Source: Macrostomum lignano (Eukaryota). From it: DNA of 64,000 nucleotides. Of this stretch, positions 41,151-53,690 are shown piece after piece. The position numbers and the translations under genes are program-made. The stretch is taken from positions 372,001 to 436,000 of the forward strand of contig NIVC01000359.1 in assembly GCA_002269645.1 (NCBI GenBank), given 5' to 3'. The first letter of the stretch is position 1; every line of letters starts with the position of its first letter. The notes under the pieces are model-generated. The model was not told the DNA's origin, did not search any database, and saw only the letters and a list, made by a program, of their open reading frames with translations.

Positions 41151-41929
41151 ATGACTGCTCTAAGAGAGCCGCCGGGAACATTCTAAGAAGAATCAGTGAC
41201 TCATTTAGAAGGTAATCAGGGAGTCCAAAAGACCTTTCTAGGAGAGAATTCAGAGACAGTTAGTAATGGATTAGGGCAATTTAAACACCACGGTACAAAC
41301 ACTACAACGGCAGAAAATTTCTTAGTTGCTCGGAAGCATAAGTGTAAAACTCTCACAGGCAGAGTAGAGGTACAGAAAAATTGCTAAGGTGGAATTTTCT
41401 AATCGTCTTAGATAGCAGGAGCAGCAGAAGCAGCAGAAAAATGGGTAAGTTATCCACGCAGACCCAATATTTAGTCAGGTTGGAATTTCAGAAACGAGCC
41501 AGTCAGTGTTTTGCCCCACCCACAGACCAAGAAATTTAACTATATTTCTTGGTCTGTGGCCCCACCCCAACACCCTAGCAACAGACCTGGGAAGTCACAG
41601 CTGCGAAATATCTGGCAAAAATATCCCCCCCCATCCACTCTTCTTTCCCTCTCCTCTCTGACGACTCTCCCACACTTGAGAGATCTGATCCCATAGACCC
41701 GAAGCCGGCTTGCTTTCTTGATCCAAGCGGTAGGGCTAGTAAGGAAGGACAGTAGAACAGAGGGGGGGGGGTTCCGGCAATATTCAGGGAATTAATACTT
41801 GATCTCCCGTGAACAAAAAAAAACTGGATGAGTCAACTCTAGGAATTCCTCGCTCTCTTGATAAAAAATGAATTTCTAACTAAGAAGAAATTCCTCACTG
41901 ACTCAAACGGAAATCCCCACTAACTTGGG

Positions 41930-42580
41930 TGGGAATTCCCCACTAACGCAAAGGGAATTCCTGACTCACGCTGAAGGGGATTCCTGATTCACGCTGAAGA
42001 TAATTCCTCACTCGCACTGAAGCGAATTTCTCACTCACGCTGAAGAGAATTCCTGACTCACGCTGAAGAGAATTTCTCACATCACGCTGAAGAGAATTCC
42101 TGACTCACGCTGAAGAGAATTCCTCACTCACGCTGAAGATAATTCCTCACTCACGCTGAAGATAATTCCTCACTCACGCTGAAGAGAATTCCTCACTCAC
42201 GCTGAAGAGAATTCCTGACTCACGCTGAAGAGAATTCCTCACTCACGCTGAAGAGAATTCCTCACTCACGCTGAAGAGAATTCCTGACTCACGCTAAAGA
42301 GAATTCCTCACTCACACTGAAGGGAATTACTAACTCACACTGAAGGGAATTCCTCACTCACACTGAAGGGAATTCCTCACTCACACTGAAGGGAATTCCT
42401 CACTCACACTGAAGGGAATTCCTCACTCACGCTGAAGGGAATTCCTCACTCACACTGAAGGGAATTTCTCACTCACGCTGAAGGGAATTCCTCACTCACG
42501 CTGAAGGGAATTTCTCACTCACGCTGAAGGGAATTCCTCACTCACGCTGAAGGGAATTCCTCACTGACACTAACGCTGAA
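41930..42580. repeat. 23-bp minisatellite
   Basis: Unit CACGCTGAAGAGAATTCCTCACT. Confidence 0.95.
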
Positions 42581-42987
42581 AAGAATTCCAACTCTCAATT
42601 CATTTGCCAAATAAGGAAATTTTATCCTTAGCTACAAAAATAATAAAGAAAAAAGAAAATAAATGCGGACTAAACATAACAAGAATACCTTGCAGTGGAG
42701 AAATGCAAACGCGTGTATATATTTAATAACAAAGCGAATAATTGAACTTATTGACACGCTCGGCAAAGTAAGCAGATGCTAAAAGGAAAAGATTTATTGT
42801 AAAGCTGATAAATAGCGGAAGCTAAGCTTGACTGGTTTAACAAGCTGTTGATATTAACTCCGTCTGCTTTCGATACTGACAAGATTCAGGTGCAATAAAA
42901 AGCAAAAAAGAACAACAAAGCTCGCATTCAATAAAGATTGCCTTATTTTCATAGGTAAGTACACAATGGCAGCGATGCAGCAGCTTT

Positions 42988-43500
42988 TTAGGTACAGTAA
43001 GGGCCGGTATTAGGTAGAGTAAGGTAATGTTAGGTACAGTAAGGGCCGGTATTAGGTAGAGTAAGGTAATGTTAGGTCCAGTAAGGGCTGGTATTAGGTA
43101 GAGTAAGGTAATGTTAGGTCCAGTAAGGGCCGGTATTAGGTAGAGTAAGGTAATGTTAGGTCCAGTAAGGGCTGGTATTAGGTAGAGTAAGGTAATGTTA
43201 GGTCCAGTAAGGGCCGGTATTAGGTAGAGTAAGGTAATGTTAGGTCCAGTAAGGGCCGGTATTAGGTAGAGTAAGGTAATGTTAGGTCCAGTAAGGGCCG
43301 GTATTAGGTAGAGTAAGGTAATGTTAGGTCCAGTAAGGGCCGGTATTAGGTAGAGTAAGGTAATGTTAGGTCCAGTAAGGGCTGGTATTAGGTAGAGTAA
43401 GGTAATGTTAGGTCCAGTAAGGGCCGGTATTAGGTAGAGTAAGGTAATGTTAGGTCCAGTAAGGGCCGGTATTAGGTAGGGTAAGGTAATGTTAGGTCCA
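42988..43500. repeat. 42-bp minisatellite, ~12 copies
   Basis: Unit GGTCCAGTAAGGGCCGGTATTAGGTAGAGTAAGGTAATGTTA. Confidence 0.97.
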
Positions 43501-43975
43501 TGAAAGTACAATAAGATACAGCATATACATAATAAGTCAGCTTAAGCTTACCAATTTACACAAATAAGGAAGAATATTGATAGGCTTAGTTGCGGGAAGG
43601 CTTTTAGATTAGGGACTAATGCATATTTGGAAAAAAAGATTATTTGCAGAGTATGGAAGGATTGATTAAAAGTAAGTCAGCTGGACAGATATGCATGCAG
43701 CTCGTATTAGAAGCTCAAATCTTAGCTCTTTGAAAAGCGAATCAAGAGTCAAGAGTGCTACAGTACGGATATCGGATTGATTAATAAACACTTCACCAAC
43801 CCTAAAATAACAAAAACTAAAAAGTCTGTAAATAAATATGCTCATAACTTTATCGCAAAGAAAATGCTTGTTCATATTGGGTTTAAACATTATAAACGAA
43901 TCAACGGTAATTAATATGTTGCATAACAACTAATTTGTTTACCTCGGATACCAGAAAAATGACTAATTATTACAG

Positions 43976-44155
43976 GCTTGTTTACCCTGGGTACGGACCA
44001 TTATTACTAATACGAATACGAGAACCAGCTGCGTGACTAGCTGCATAGCAACGGGCTTGTTTACCTTGGATACGGCCTATTATTACTAATACGAATACGA
44101 GAACCAGCTGCGTGACTAGCTGCATAGCAACGGGCTTGTTTACCATGGATACGGG
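43976..44155. repeat. 79-bp tandem duplication, ~2.3 copies
   Basis: GCTTGTTTACC recurs at 43976, 44055 and 44134 with near-identical intervening sequence. Confidence 0.88.
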
Positions 44156-44263
44156 TTCAATGTACTATTGCGATAACTACTATTGCGATAACTGGCTCAA
44201 TTATAACAAACGATTGTCCAAAACAAGTCGATGTGTTTAGCTGAGGTAACAAGCAATGAGAGA

Positions 44264-47136
44264 TCAATGCTCGAACAGGCTGACCAAGGTGCAACCGTTG
44301 GCGGTGACAAAGAACTGCACAGCCGGCAGCAGACAGTTGGCAATAGAGGCCAACTCGGCTGAGGCGTCAAAATTGTCCGGCCCGGCTTTGTTAAACAGCG
44401 GCGCGCAGGCGACGGACAGAACCGGCGCCGCTCTGGCCGCGTCGGGGATCAGGGCGAACAGGCGTCGGTCCTGGCACGGCGCCGGCACGCGCACCATGGC
44501 GCCGAGATCAACCAGGCGAACGATGACGCCAGCGGCTGCACCGCTGCTGTCGTTATCAACGGCGAGAATTCGAGCCCGATAGCACTGGCCGTCGTCTAGT
44601 TTAGCTACGCAGTTGGCGCCAATTCGAATGTCGCCGGCGCGAAGCGGCAGCGCCATCTGGCTAAGCTCGCTATACAGGTACTGCAGCCGCGAGTGCAGCG
44701 CCTCGAACTGGCCGGCAAATTCGGCCAGCGGCAGAACTCGAACTCGATCGGCCGTGCCGCCGGGTAGCAACACGGCTGCGCGCCGTTTATTGTCAGTCAG
44801 GCGCAGGCTGGCCGGCGCTTCGCTGACATTACAGTCGGCGCCAATTTGAAGCAACTTCTTGACGGTGTAGCGCAGCCGGCGCGGGCTGGCAGAGTGGGGG
44901 AGGCGCTCGCCGCTGCCGCCGCCATTGGAAGCAGCCTGCAGTACGCCGCTGCGCACCCGCTGCCGGTGCTGCTCGCTGAAAAACTCGGCCAACTCCGGCC
45001 GGTCCAGCGGCAGGCCGTCTAGCAGGCCGGCCGGGGAGATGAGCTGCACAGGCCAGGCTGAATCGTCTGCGGACATGCAGCCGAATTCCACCAGCACCTG
45101 CGGGCGGACAGGGTGTGGGCAAGGGTTTATTATTATTAGCCTCAGGTAGTTAACTATTAGCCTTACAGGTAGCTAATTATTAGCCTCACAGGTAGTTAAC
45201 TATTAGCTTCACAGGTTGTTAACTATTAGCTTCACAAGTTGTTAACTATTAGCCTCACAGGTAGCTAATTATTAGCCTCACAGGTAGTTAACTATTAAAA
45301 TCACAGGTAGTTAACTATTAGCTTCACAGGTTGTTAACTATTAGCCTCACAGGTAGCTAATTATTAGCCTCACAGGTAGTTAACTATTAAAATCACAGGT
45401 AGTTAACTATTAGCTTCACAGGTTGTTAACTATTAGCCTCACAGGTAGCTAATTATTAGCCTCACAGGTAGTTAACTATTAAAATCACAGGTAGTTAACT
45501 ATTAGCTTCACAGGTTGTTAACTATTAGCCTCACAGGTAGTTAGCTATTAGCCTCACAGGTAACTATTAGCATCACAGGTAACTATTAGCCTCACAGGTA
45601 ACTATTAGTCTCACAGGTAGGTAGCTATTAGCCTCACAGGTAGTTAGCTATTAGCCTCACAGGTAGTTAGCTATTAGCCTCACAGGTAACTATTAGCCGC
45701 ACAGGTAGTTAGCTATTAGCTTCACAGGTTGTTAACTATTAGCCTCACAGGTAGATAGCTATTAGCCTCACAGGTAACTATTAGCCTCACAGGTAACTAT
45801 TAGCCTCACAGGTAACTATTAGCCTCACAGGTAGTTAGCTATTAGCCTCACAGGTAACTATTAGCCGCACAGGTAGTTAGCTATTAGCTTCACAGGTTGT
45901 TAACTATTAGCCTCACAGGTAGATAGCTATTAGCCTCACAGGTAACTATTAGCCTCACAGGTAGTTAGCTATTAGCCTCACAGGTAACTATTAGCCGCAC
46001 AGGTAGTTAGCTATTAGCTTCACAGGTTGTTAACTATTAGCCTCACAGGTAGATAGCTATTAGCCTCACAGGTAACTATTAGCCTCACAGGTAGTTAGCT
46101 ATTAGCCTCACAGGTAACTATTAGCCTCACAGGTAGTTACCTATTAGCTTCACAGGTAGTTAGCTATCAGCCTCACAGGTAGCTAATTATTATCCTCACA
46201 TGTAGTTAACTATCAGCCTCACATGTAGCTAATTAGTCCTACAAATGGCCACTTATTTTATTAGCCCCACTAAATGGCCACTTTTTAGCCGCAAAAAGGT
46301 CCTTCATTAGCCATATATACAGTTGCAAGGCAAGAACTAACCTCGCGTTCCATAAGCCGTTTGGCCAACCAAGCGGCGGCCACCTCGCCGTACTGTCTAT
46401 GGCACAAACCGGCCAGCTGACAACGATAGGAACGCGGCGGCGGGCCGTCATCTTCGGCCAAGTCTAGCGGACAACAGCGCAACAGGCAGGCGGGCAGACA
46501 GCACCTATTGCCAAAGTCCACAAATTCAACTAAGCCAAATCCGCCAGCCAGTACGCGCAATAACTTAGCCCGAAAATAACCGGCTTCAGGCGGGAAGTAA
46601 GCTACGCAAGCGACGTCGCTGCCAACGTTGTCAATAGGCAGATGAGGCAGAGAGTCTGCAATCCGACGCAGATAGCTGTGCATGCTGGCTAGCTCAGCGC
46701 GACATTCAATCGGTACTAAGCAGATCTGTTTAGTGCCCTGGGTGTGCAGCACAACGCACCGAGTCGGCTCGCTTGGTGGAGGCGGCTGACGACAGTAAGC
46801 TGTGGCGTAGCCCTGCTGGTTGTCAGGCTTTGAAACGCTATTGTTGTTGTTGCTTAAACTGCTAATGTTGTTGTTATCGCGATTGCGCGTATCATCTTTG
46901 TGACTAGCAAGATCGGCGGAAAGTCCGTTATGGACATTGTTAACATTGTCAACTATTCCACTGTCAAAATGTATTGGCGTTGTATTTCTTGGCGTTTCCG
47001 ATTGCTGCTGCTGCTCAGCTGCTTCCTGCTCCAATTGTTGGCACGATAAACGACGACGTTCGAGAAAGTCGCGCCTAACCCGGTAGTATAATCCTCTGCT
47101 ACTAGTGGAAGACCTTTCGATGATGTTCATGGTCAT
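44264..47136 (-). CDS. Tudor-domain protein (TDRD-like) with two extended Tudor domains, ~542 aa
   Basis: complement(join(44264..45097,46342..47136)); donor GAG|gttagt, acceptor ccgcag|GTG, phase 0. Tudor 1: CVAYFPPEAGYFRAKLLRV...VEFVDFGN. Tudor 2: GANCVAKLDDGQCYRARILAV...VRLVDLGA. Confidence 0.85.
45130..46240. repeat. ~19-23-bp intronic minisatellite (Tudor gene)
   Basis: Unit CTATTAGCCTCACAGGTAGTTAA and variants. Confidence 0.96.
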
Positions 47137-47227
47137 GATGGTGTTCGCGTGTCTCAGACCGCACTTCTCTCCGCCAGCTGAAATATAGCAATGCGAATAT
47201 CCGGGTTAATTAAGCGCAGGTAAAACA

Positions 47228-47520
47228 CCTATACGTTAGCTTTTTTACCTGTTAGGCCAAGGCTCAATGTGGAGTTGCTGAGATGTTCAATGGGGAGTTG
47301 CTGAGATGCTCAATGTGGAGTTGCTGAGATGTTCAATGGGGAGTTGCTGAGATGCTCAATGGGGAGTTGCTGAGATGCTCAATGGGGAGTTGCTGAGATG
47401 CTCAATGGGGAGTTGCTGAGATGCCAATCGGCTTAATGGGGAGTTGCTGAGATGCCAATTGGCTCAATGGGGAGTTGCTGAGATGCCAATTGGCTCAATG
47501 GGGAGTTGCTGAGTTGCCAA
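47228..47520. repeat. 23-bp minisatellite
   Basis: Unit CTCAATGGGGAGTTGCTGAGATG. Confidence 0.93.
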
Positions 47521-48157
47521 GCCTCTCATTTGTCTATCTGTACTTTTGTACCTGCTTGTATATCCTGATCTTCCCGTAGGGACACTAATGGATTGCTAAC
47601 TACTAGATAGAGGAGACAAAATTGAATGAAAGTCATCAAACAAGATAGTAATTAACATAAGAGACAGCGCATGCATAGTATAACACGATACTGTAGTGTT
47701 GGCCAATGCTTTTTATGCTTCAATGGTTTTTAGTGCAGTGCATAGGAGTACAGGCAGTGCAAGTCACGAGCGTAAAAGTAATAGGGTTTTGTATTTTTCA
47801 TAATTAGAAGAAAAGAGCGCGCACATGACAAAATTTAAGATTATTAACAAGGAAATTAATGACTCAGTAAAAAACTAAAACCGGAACAGGTAGACCTATT
47901 GTCGTAGCACAACACGTACATATAGCAACTATTATAACACGCAGTAATTAATGATAACGTTATAGTCGTACGAAGATTACAGTATCAAATATAAATTTTT
48001 GAAAAAATGTTCCATTAGCTGCAAGCATGAATAATAAATTATTAATTAACAATAGCAAAAAATGCCAATTAGACAATAAAATAAAAATGTTCGCAAAGTA
48101 CTTCAAACAGAGCAGCAAAAGTGCAGCAGTAGCATTCGGATTTTATAATAAATGAAC

Positions 48158-51100
48158 TCAGGGCATCTCGGGCAGCAGCAGGGCACTCTGAGAGCCGCAG
48201 GCGCCGGCCTCCAAATGCTCAGCCATATTGTCGCCAGAGTCGGTTGCAAATCCGCAAGTCGGGCAATAGAAATCGCCCAAGCCGTCTTCATTCTTGTCGG
48301 CGCTGTCGTCAGTTTCCATGGCAACCGGCGGTGTAGCGGCGGCGGAAGCGTGGCTAGCAACGTGCCGCTGGTAGGCGGGCCCGCAGCAGGTGGCGTAGCG
48401 GCACTGACCAGCAGTGCAGGGCACATAGTGCCGATGGTCGGGGCCGTTCAGAGGCCGGCGACACTCCAGACAGAGCATGGCGCTGTCCAGGTGAGGCGGC
48501 AAAGCGACGCCGCTGAGATCGCGGGCCGTTTCAGCTGGGGCGGCGTTCAGCGACTTCAGCTGCTGCGACGAGCCGGGGCCTTTCTGCAGAGCGAGTAGAA
48601 TGTCAAGAAAGAGACCTTCTTTGACACTCACCAAGATTCTAACTAATTATCTCAGTATTATAACTAACAACCTCAGTATTGTAATCGATAATCTTAGTAT
48701 TCTACTAATCGATAATCTCAATATCCTAATCGATAATCTCAGTATACTAATCGATAATCTTATTATCCTAATCGATAATCTCAATATCCGAATCGATAAT
48801 CTCAGTATCCCAATCGATAATCCCAGTATTCTAATGGATAATCTCAGTATCCCATTCGATTATCTCAGTATCACAATTGATAATCTCAGTATCCCATTCG
48901 ATTATCTCAGTATCACAACTGATAATCTCAGTATCCTAATCGATAATCTCAGTATCACAATCGATAATCTCAGTATCCTAATCGATAATCTCAGTATCCT
49001 AATTAAATCTTAGTGTCCTAATCGATCATCTCAGTATCCTAATCGACAATCCAAGGATTTAATCTACTATACTCAATTATGGAGAATCCGATGATCCTGA
49101 TTAATAATTCAATATACAAATCTAAGAGTCTAATTTGTCAGTTCATCGCAGGGGCACTAATACTCTTACTTGGCTGGCCATACGTGAAAAGCTAAAGTTA
49201 GAGCTCTCAAAGAACAGCCTTAGATCATTTAACAGAGGAAGTGAACTGCTGCAAGTGAAAATGCGCACAACATGCATAAGAATTCTATTTGGACAGCTGA
49301 TTTGGCACTTAAATCTGACGTTAAATCCAGCTAACTCGACAGAGTTGAGGTGGGGGGGGGAGAAAGTTAGGAATAAATTGAGAAATTTTTTGAAATGCAA
49401 TATAGAGTAAACTAACTCTAAAAACTGTAGGAGAAAATTAATTACGTTTTTTTACGTTAAGAGAATTAATTACGTTAAGAGAATTTCTAATTCTCTTTAT
49501 TGAAAGCCTAGTGGTTTAATAAGCTGATAAAGTGCAGTGCTTTTCATGTCAAAGACAAAGGCAAGAGTGAGGCAGAACGGAACTGTAACACCCAAGGAGG
49601 ACCAGTAACACCCAGGGAGGAACTGGAACACCCAATATGGAACTGTAACACCCACCAAGGACCTGTAACACCCACCAAGGACTTGTAACACCCACCAAAG
49701 ACCTGTAACACCCACCAAGAACCTGTAACACCTACTAAGGACCTAGCGCAGAAGCAAGCAACCAACCTGAGGCGAGGCAGACTGCTGGTGCTGTTCCAAG
49801 TCCTCGAGCTGCTGCAGATCGCCAGGCCGATGGTCCAGCTGCTGGTGCATGTTCAAATCTGATTTAGTAACAAAGCTCAACTGGCACTGGTTGCACCGTT
49901 TGCCGCTACTAGAAGCAGCAGCAGCAGAAGAAGAATTATCGTCGTCAAAGTGGCGCTGCAGATGCTGGGTGAACACGCCGGTGAGGCCGCTAGAATCGCC
50001 GCCGATCGCCCCAGGTGCGTAGGCCGCGCCAGACGAGCTGGGGAAAGTGATTCGGATAGCTTTGAGACAGAGCGGGCACAGCAGGTGTGGCGAGGCGGCG
50101 TGCATCCGGCAGAAGTGAGTCAGGATGTCGCGCAGTACGCTAGTCCGGAAGCTGCACAGCTGGCAGGCGTAAGGCATCTGCCTGCGCAGGTGGCGAGTCC
50201 GCATGTGCCTGGCGAACTGCTCCGTATTGGCGAACTCTCTGTCGCATACGCGGCACAGTTTTCGGCCAGCCGGAGTCAGGTGCGAATCCGCTCGATGCTC
50301 GGCCAGCTGGTAGTGTCCGGCAAAGGTGGCCGGACAGGCCGGACAGCGGACAATCTCGGTCGAGCAGTCTTGCAGCAGAGCCGAAACCGACTGCGAAGCC
50401 GGCTCAAAATGGCCGAGAATGTGCCGAACTGTGCTCAAATTCGAATATAGAATCTTTGAGCACAGGTGGCAACGGAAGCGAAGGTCCTGACGTGGCTCCG
50501 GCTGGGAGGCCTGCTGGCACTCCTGTCTGGCGAAGTAGTACACGTCTAGGGCCACCAGCACCTGCGAGAGGTTGGAGAATATCATTTCGAATCGATAGGC
50601 CTAAAATTACTGCCAGAATCCTTCCTACCCATGATTGTACATGACATTTACGTCGTATTCCATATTTGTATATGGCTTTCACATTATATCTCAGATCTGT
50701 ACATGACTTTCACATTATATCCCATAATTTTACATGGCTTTTACATTACATCCCATAATTTTACATTTTTTATATTATATCCCATATCTGTACATGACTT
50801 TCACATTATATCCCATATCTGTACATGACTTTCACATTATATCCCATATTTGTACATGGCTTTTACATTATATCCCATATTTGTACATGGCTTTTACATT
50901 ATATCCCATATTTGTACATGACTTTCACATTATATCCCATATCTGTACATGACTTTCACATTATATCCCACATTTGTACATGAATTTCACATTATATCCC
51001 ATATTTGTACATGACTTTCACATTATATCCCATATCTGTACATGAATTTCACATTATATCCCATACTCGTATTTGTACATTACTTTTACATTATATCCCT

Positions 51101-52439
51101 ATTTGTATATGACTTTCACATCCTATCCTGAATGCATTTGAAAAGTTAGCCGCAGACCATTTATTGACATACAGTCGCACTCACCGTATTGCCATCCTGA
51201 TCGCACGGATTCTGAGAGTCGTGCACGTACAATTGATTTGGATCGTCGCCAAAAGTGACAATTTCGATGCCTTCTTCGAGTAGGGGAAGGCCCTCTTCGT
51301 CAGCTGCCGATTCCGCTTGTGTAGCAGCGACAGCCTCCGAGCCCTGCGGGGAGGGAATGCAAGATTCGGGTTGGAGATTCCAAGATAGAGATCCCAAGAT
51401 TCCGGATAGAGGTCCCGAGATTCGGATAGATATCCCAATATTCGGGATAGAGATCCCAAGATAGAGATCCCAATATTCGGGATAGAGATCCCAAGATTCC
51501 GGATAGAGATCCCAAGATTCCGGATAGAGGTCCCGAGATTCGGATAGATATCCCAATATTCGGGATAGAGATCTCAAGATAGAGATCCCAAAATTCGGGA
51601 TAGAGATCCCAATATTCGGGATAGAGATCCCAATATTCGGGATAGAGATCCCAATATTCGGGATAGAGATCCCAATATTCGGGATAGAGATCCTAATATT
51701 CTGGATAGAGATCCCAAGATTCGGGATAGCGATCCCAATATCAGATTTGTTGACAAACCTTTGCGGCAGACTGAGCAGCAGCGGCGGCAGCAGCGGCGGC
51801 AGCGGCGGCAGCAGCGGCGGCAGCGGCGGCGGCTGCAGCGTCAGCCTCGGCGCTGGCGAGCTGGCGGAGCTCAGCCGCGGTGGCAACCCGAACTCCGGGC
51901 GGCAGCGGATCGGTGAGGCCGGCAACCCGGCCCTGGACCAGCAAGCCGTTATGCTTGGGCCGCTGCACGCAGCTGGAGATGTGAATGGCTCCCTGATCCC
52001 TATGCTGGAAGGCGGATTCGGCCAAATCCAGAGCCTGGTGCTCTTCATCGCCGACGCCCAGTCCGGCTAGGGCGCCTTTGACCGGGCTGGACCGCTGCGC
52101 TTGTCGCTGGCAGATGACGGCTGGCGCGCCATCTTCAGTCAGCAGCCGGTCCAGTCGCCAGTCCTGCTGAGCTAGAGCTTCGTGAGCAGCTGCTACGCCA
52201 GCGTGAGCTAGTACGCCAAGCGAACTAGTCAGCAGAAGGCCGTTGGCATCTGTGGCGGCCTCCTCGGCGGTGCCGACAACATTCACAGCCTCGGCTAGGG
52301 GTCGCATGCCGGATTGAAAACGCTCCAGATTGGCTCTGCGCCTATCCAGCTCTTGCAGTTGAATGTCTGACAGGGGCTCCTCTTCGCATGTCATTGTGAG
52401 ACTGCGGCCAACGCCGCGTAGCACCTGCGGCAGCAGCAT
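48158..52439 (-). CDS. ZNF280/POGZ-like C2H2 zinc-finger protein, ~686 aa, 4 coding exons, no transposase domain
   Basis: complement(join(48158..48583,49767..50561,51185..51343,51759..52439)); all introns phase 0, GT-AG. LTMTCEEEPL resembles LFMECEEEEL; MPYACQLCSFRTS..ILTHFCRMH..PHLLCPLCLK resembles MPYVCQVCQYRSS..HFRMIH..RHLLCPYCLK; CRYATCCGPAYQRHVASH resembles CRYSTCCSRAYANHMINNH of POGZ/ZNF280 (comparison from memory). Confidence 0.85.
48645..49045. repeat. 21-bp intronic minisatellite
   Basis: Unit ATCGATAATCTCAGTATCCTA. Confidence 0.94.
49570..49745. repeat. ~21-bp intronic minisatellite
   Basis: Unit CCTGTAACACCCACCAAGGA variants. Confidence 0.85.
50630..51125. repeat. 31-bp intronic minisatellite
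   Basis: Unit ATTTGTACATGACTTTCACATTATATCCCAT. Confidence 0.95.
51375..51742. repeat. 21-bp intronic minisatellite with an internal palindrome
   Basis: Unit ATTCGGGATAGAGATCCCAAT (GGGAT/ATCCC stem). Confidence 0.94.
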
Positions 52440-52569
52440 GGCTGTGCTGAGCTAGCAGTGCTGAGATGGGGAGAGATATGGAATATGAGGACGGTTTTAT
52501 GGTCTTATAACATACGTGCAATGGGCATAAATAAATAAATAACCTAATGATTCTAGAAGAGTAGGGATA

Positions 52570-53690
52570 TACCCCATGGTGCTAATAGAGTAAAGTATGG
52601 CAATACCCATGATCCTAATATAGTACAGCATAGCAATACCCCATGAAGTATAGCAATACCCCATGATTCTAATATAGTAGAGTATAACAATACCCCATGA
52701 CCGAAAAAAGTGTGGCAAAATACTCCATGATCCTAAAATTGTAGCAAAATACCCTATGAGCCAGAATAGCATGGCAAGAATGCTCCATGATCCAGAATAG
52801 TATGGCAAGAATACCCCATGATCCAGAATAGTATGGCAAGAATGCTCCATGATCCTGATTAGTATGGCAAGAACACTCCATGATCCAGAATAGTATGGCA
52901 AGAATGCTCCATGATCCAGAATAGTATGGCAAGAATGCTCCATGATCCTGATTAGTATGGCAAGAATACTCTATAATCCAGATTAGTATGGCAAGAATAC
53001 CCCATGATCCAGAATAGTATAGCAAGAACACTCCATGATCCAGAATAGTATGACAAGAACACTCCATGATCCAGAATAGTATGGCAAGAATGCTCCATGA
53101 TCCTGATTAGTATGGCAAGAATACTCCATGATCCAGAATAGTATGGCAAGAATACCCAATGATCCAGATTAGTATGGCAAGAATACTCCATGATCCAGAT
53201 TAGTATGGCAAGAACACTCCATGATCCAGATTAGTATGGCAAGAATACCCCATGATCCAGATTAGTATGGCAAGAACACTCCATGATCCAGATTAGTATG
53301 GCAAGAATACCCCATGATCCAGATTAGTATGGCAAGAATACTCCATGATCCAGATTAGTATGGCAAGAATACCCCATGATCCAGATTAGTATGGCAAGAA
53401 TACTCCATGATCCAGATTAGTATGGCAAGAACACTCCATGATCCAGATTAGTATGGCAAGAATACCCCATGATCCAGATTAGTATGGCAAGAATACCCCA
53501 TGATCCAGATTAGTATGGCAAGAGTACCCCATGATCCAGATTAGTATGGCAAGAATACTCCATGATCCAGATTAGTATGGCAAGAACACTCCATGATCCA
53601 GATTAGTATGGCAAGAATACCCCATGATCCAGATTAGTATGGCAAGAATACCCCATGATCCAGATTAGTATGGCAAGAATACCCCATGCA
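52570..53690. repeat. 31-bp minisatellite
   Basis: Unit CATGATCCAGATTAGTATGGCAAGAATACTC. Confidence 0.96.

Noticed and set aside
42837-43511. 224-aa ORF with GPNITLLYLIPALT repeats
   Set aside because: 42-bp satellite translation with no flanking domain or exon support
51161-52048. 295-aa ORF running through the 21-bp intronic array
   Set aside because: Joins an off-frame Pro-rich reading of exon 1 to satellite sequence; the poly-Ala frame with a phase-0 GT-AG intron gives the coherent ZNF280-like protein
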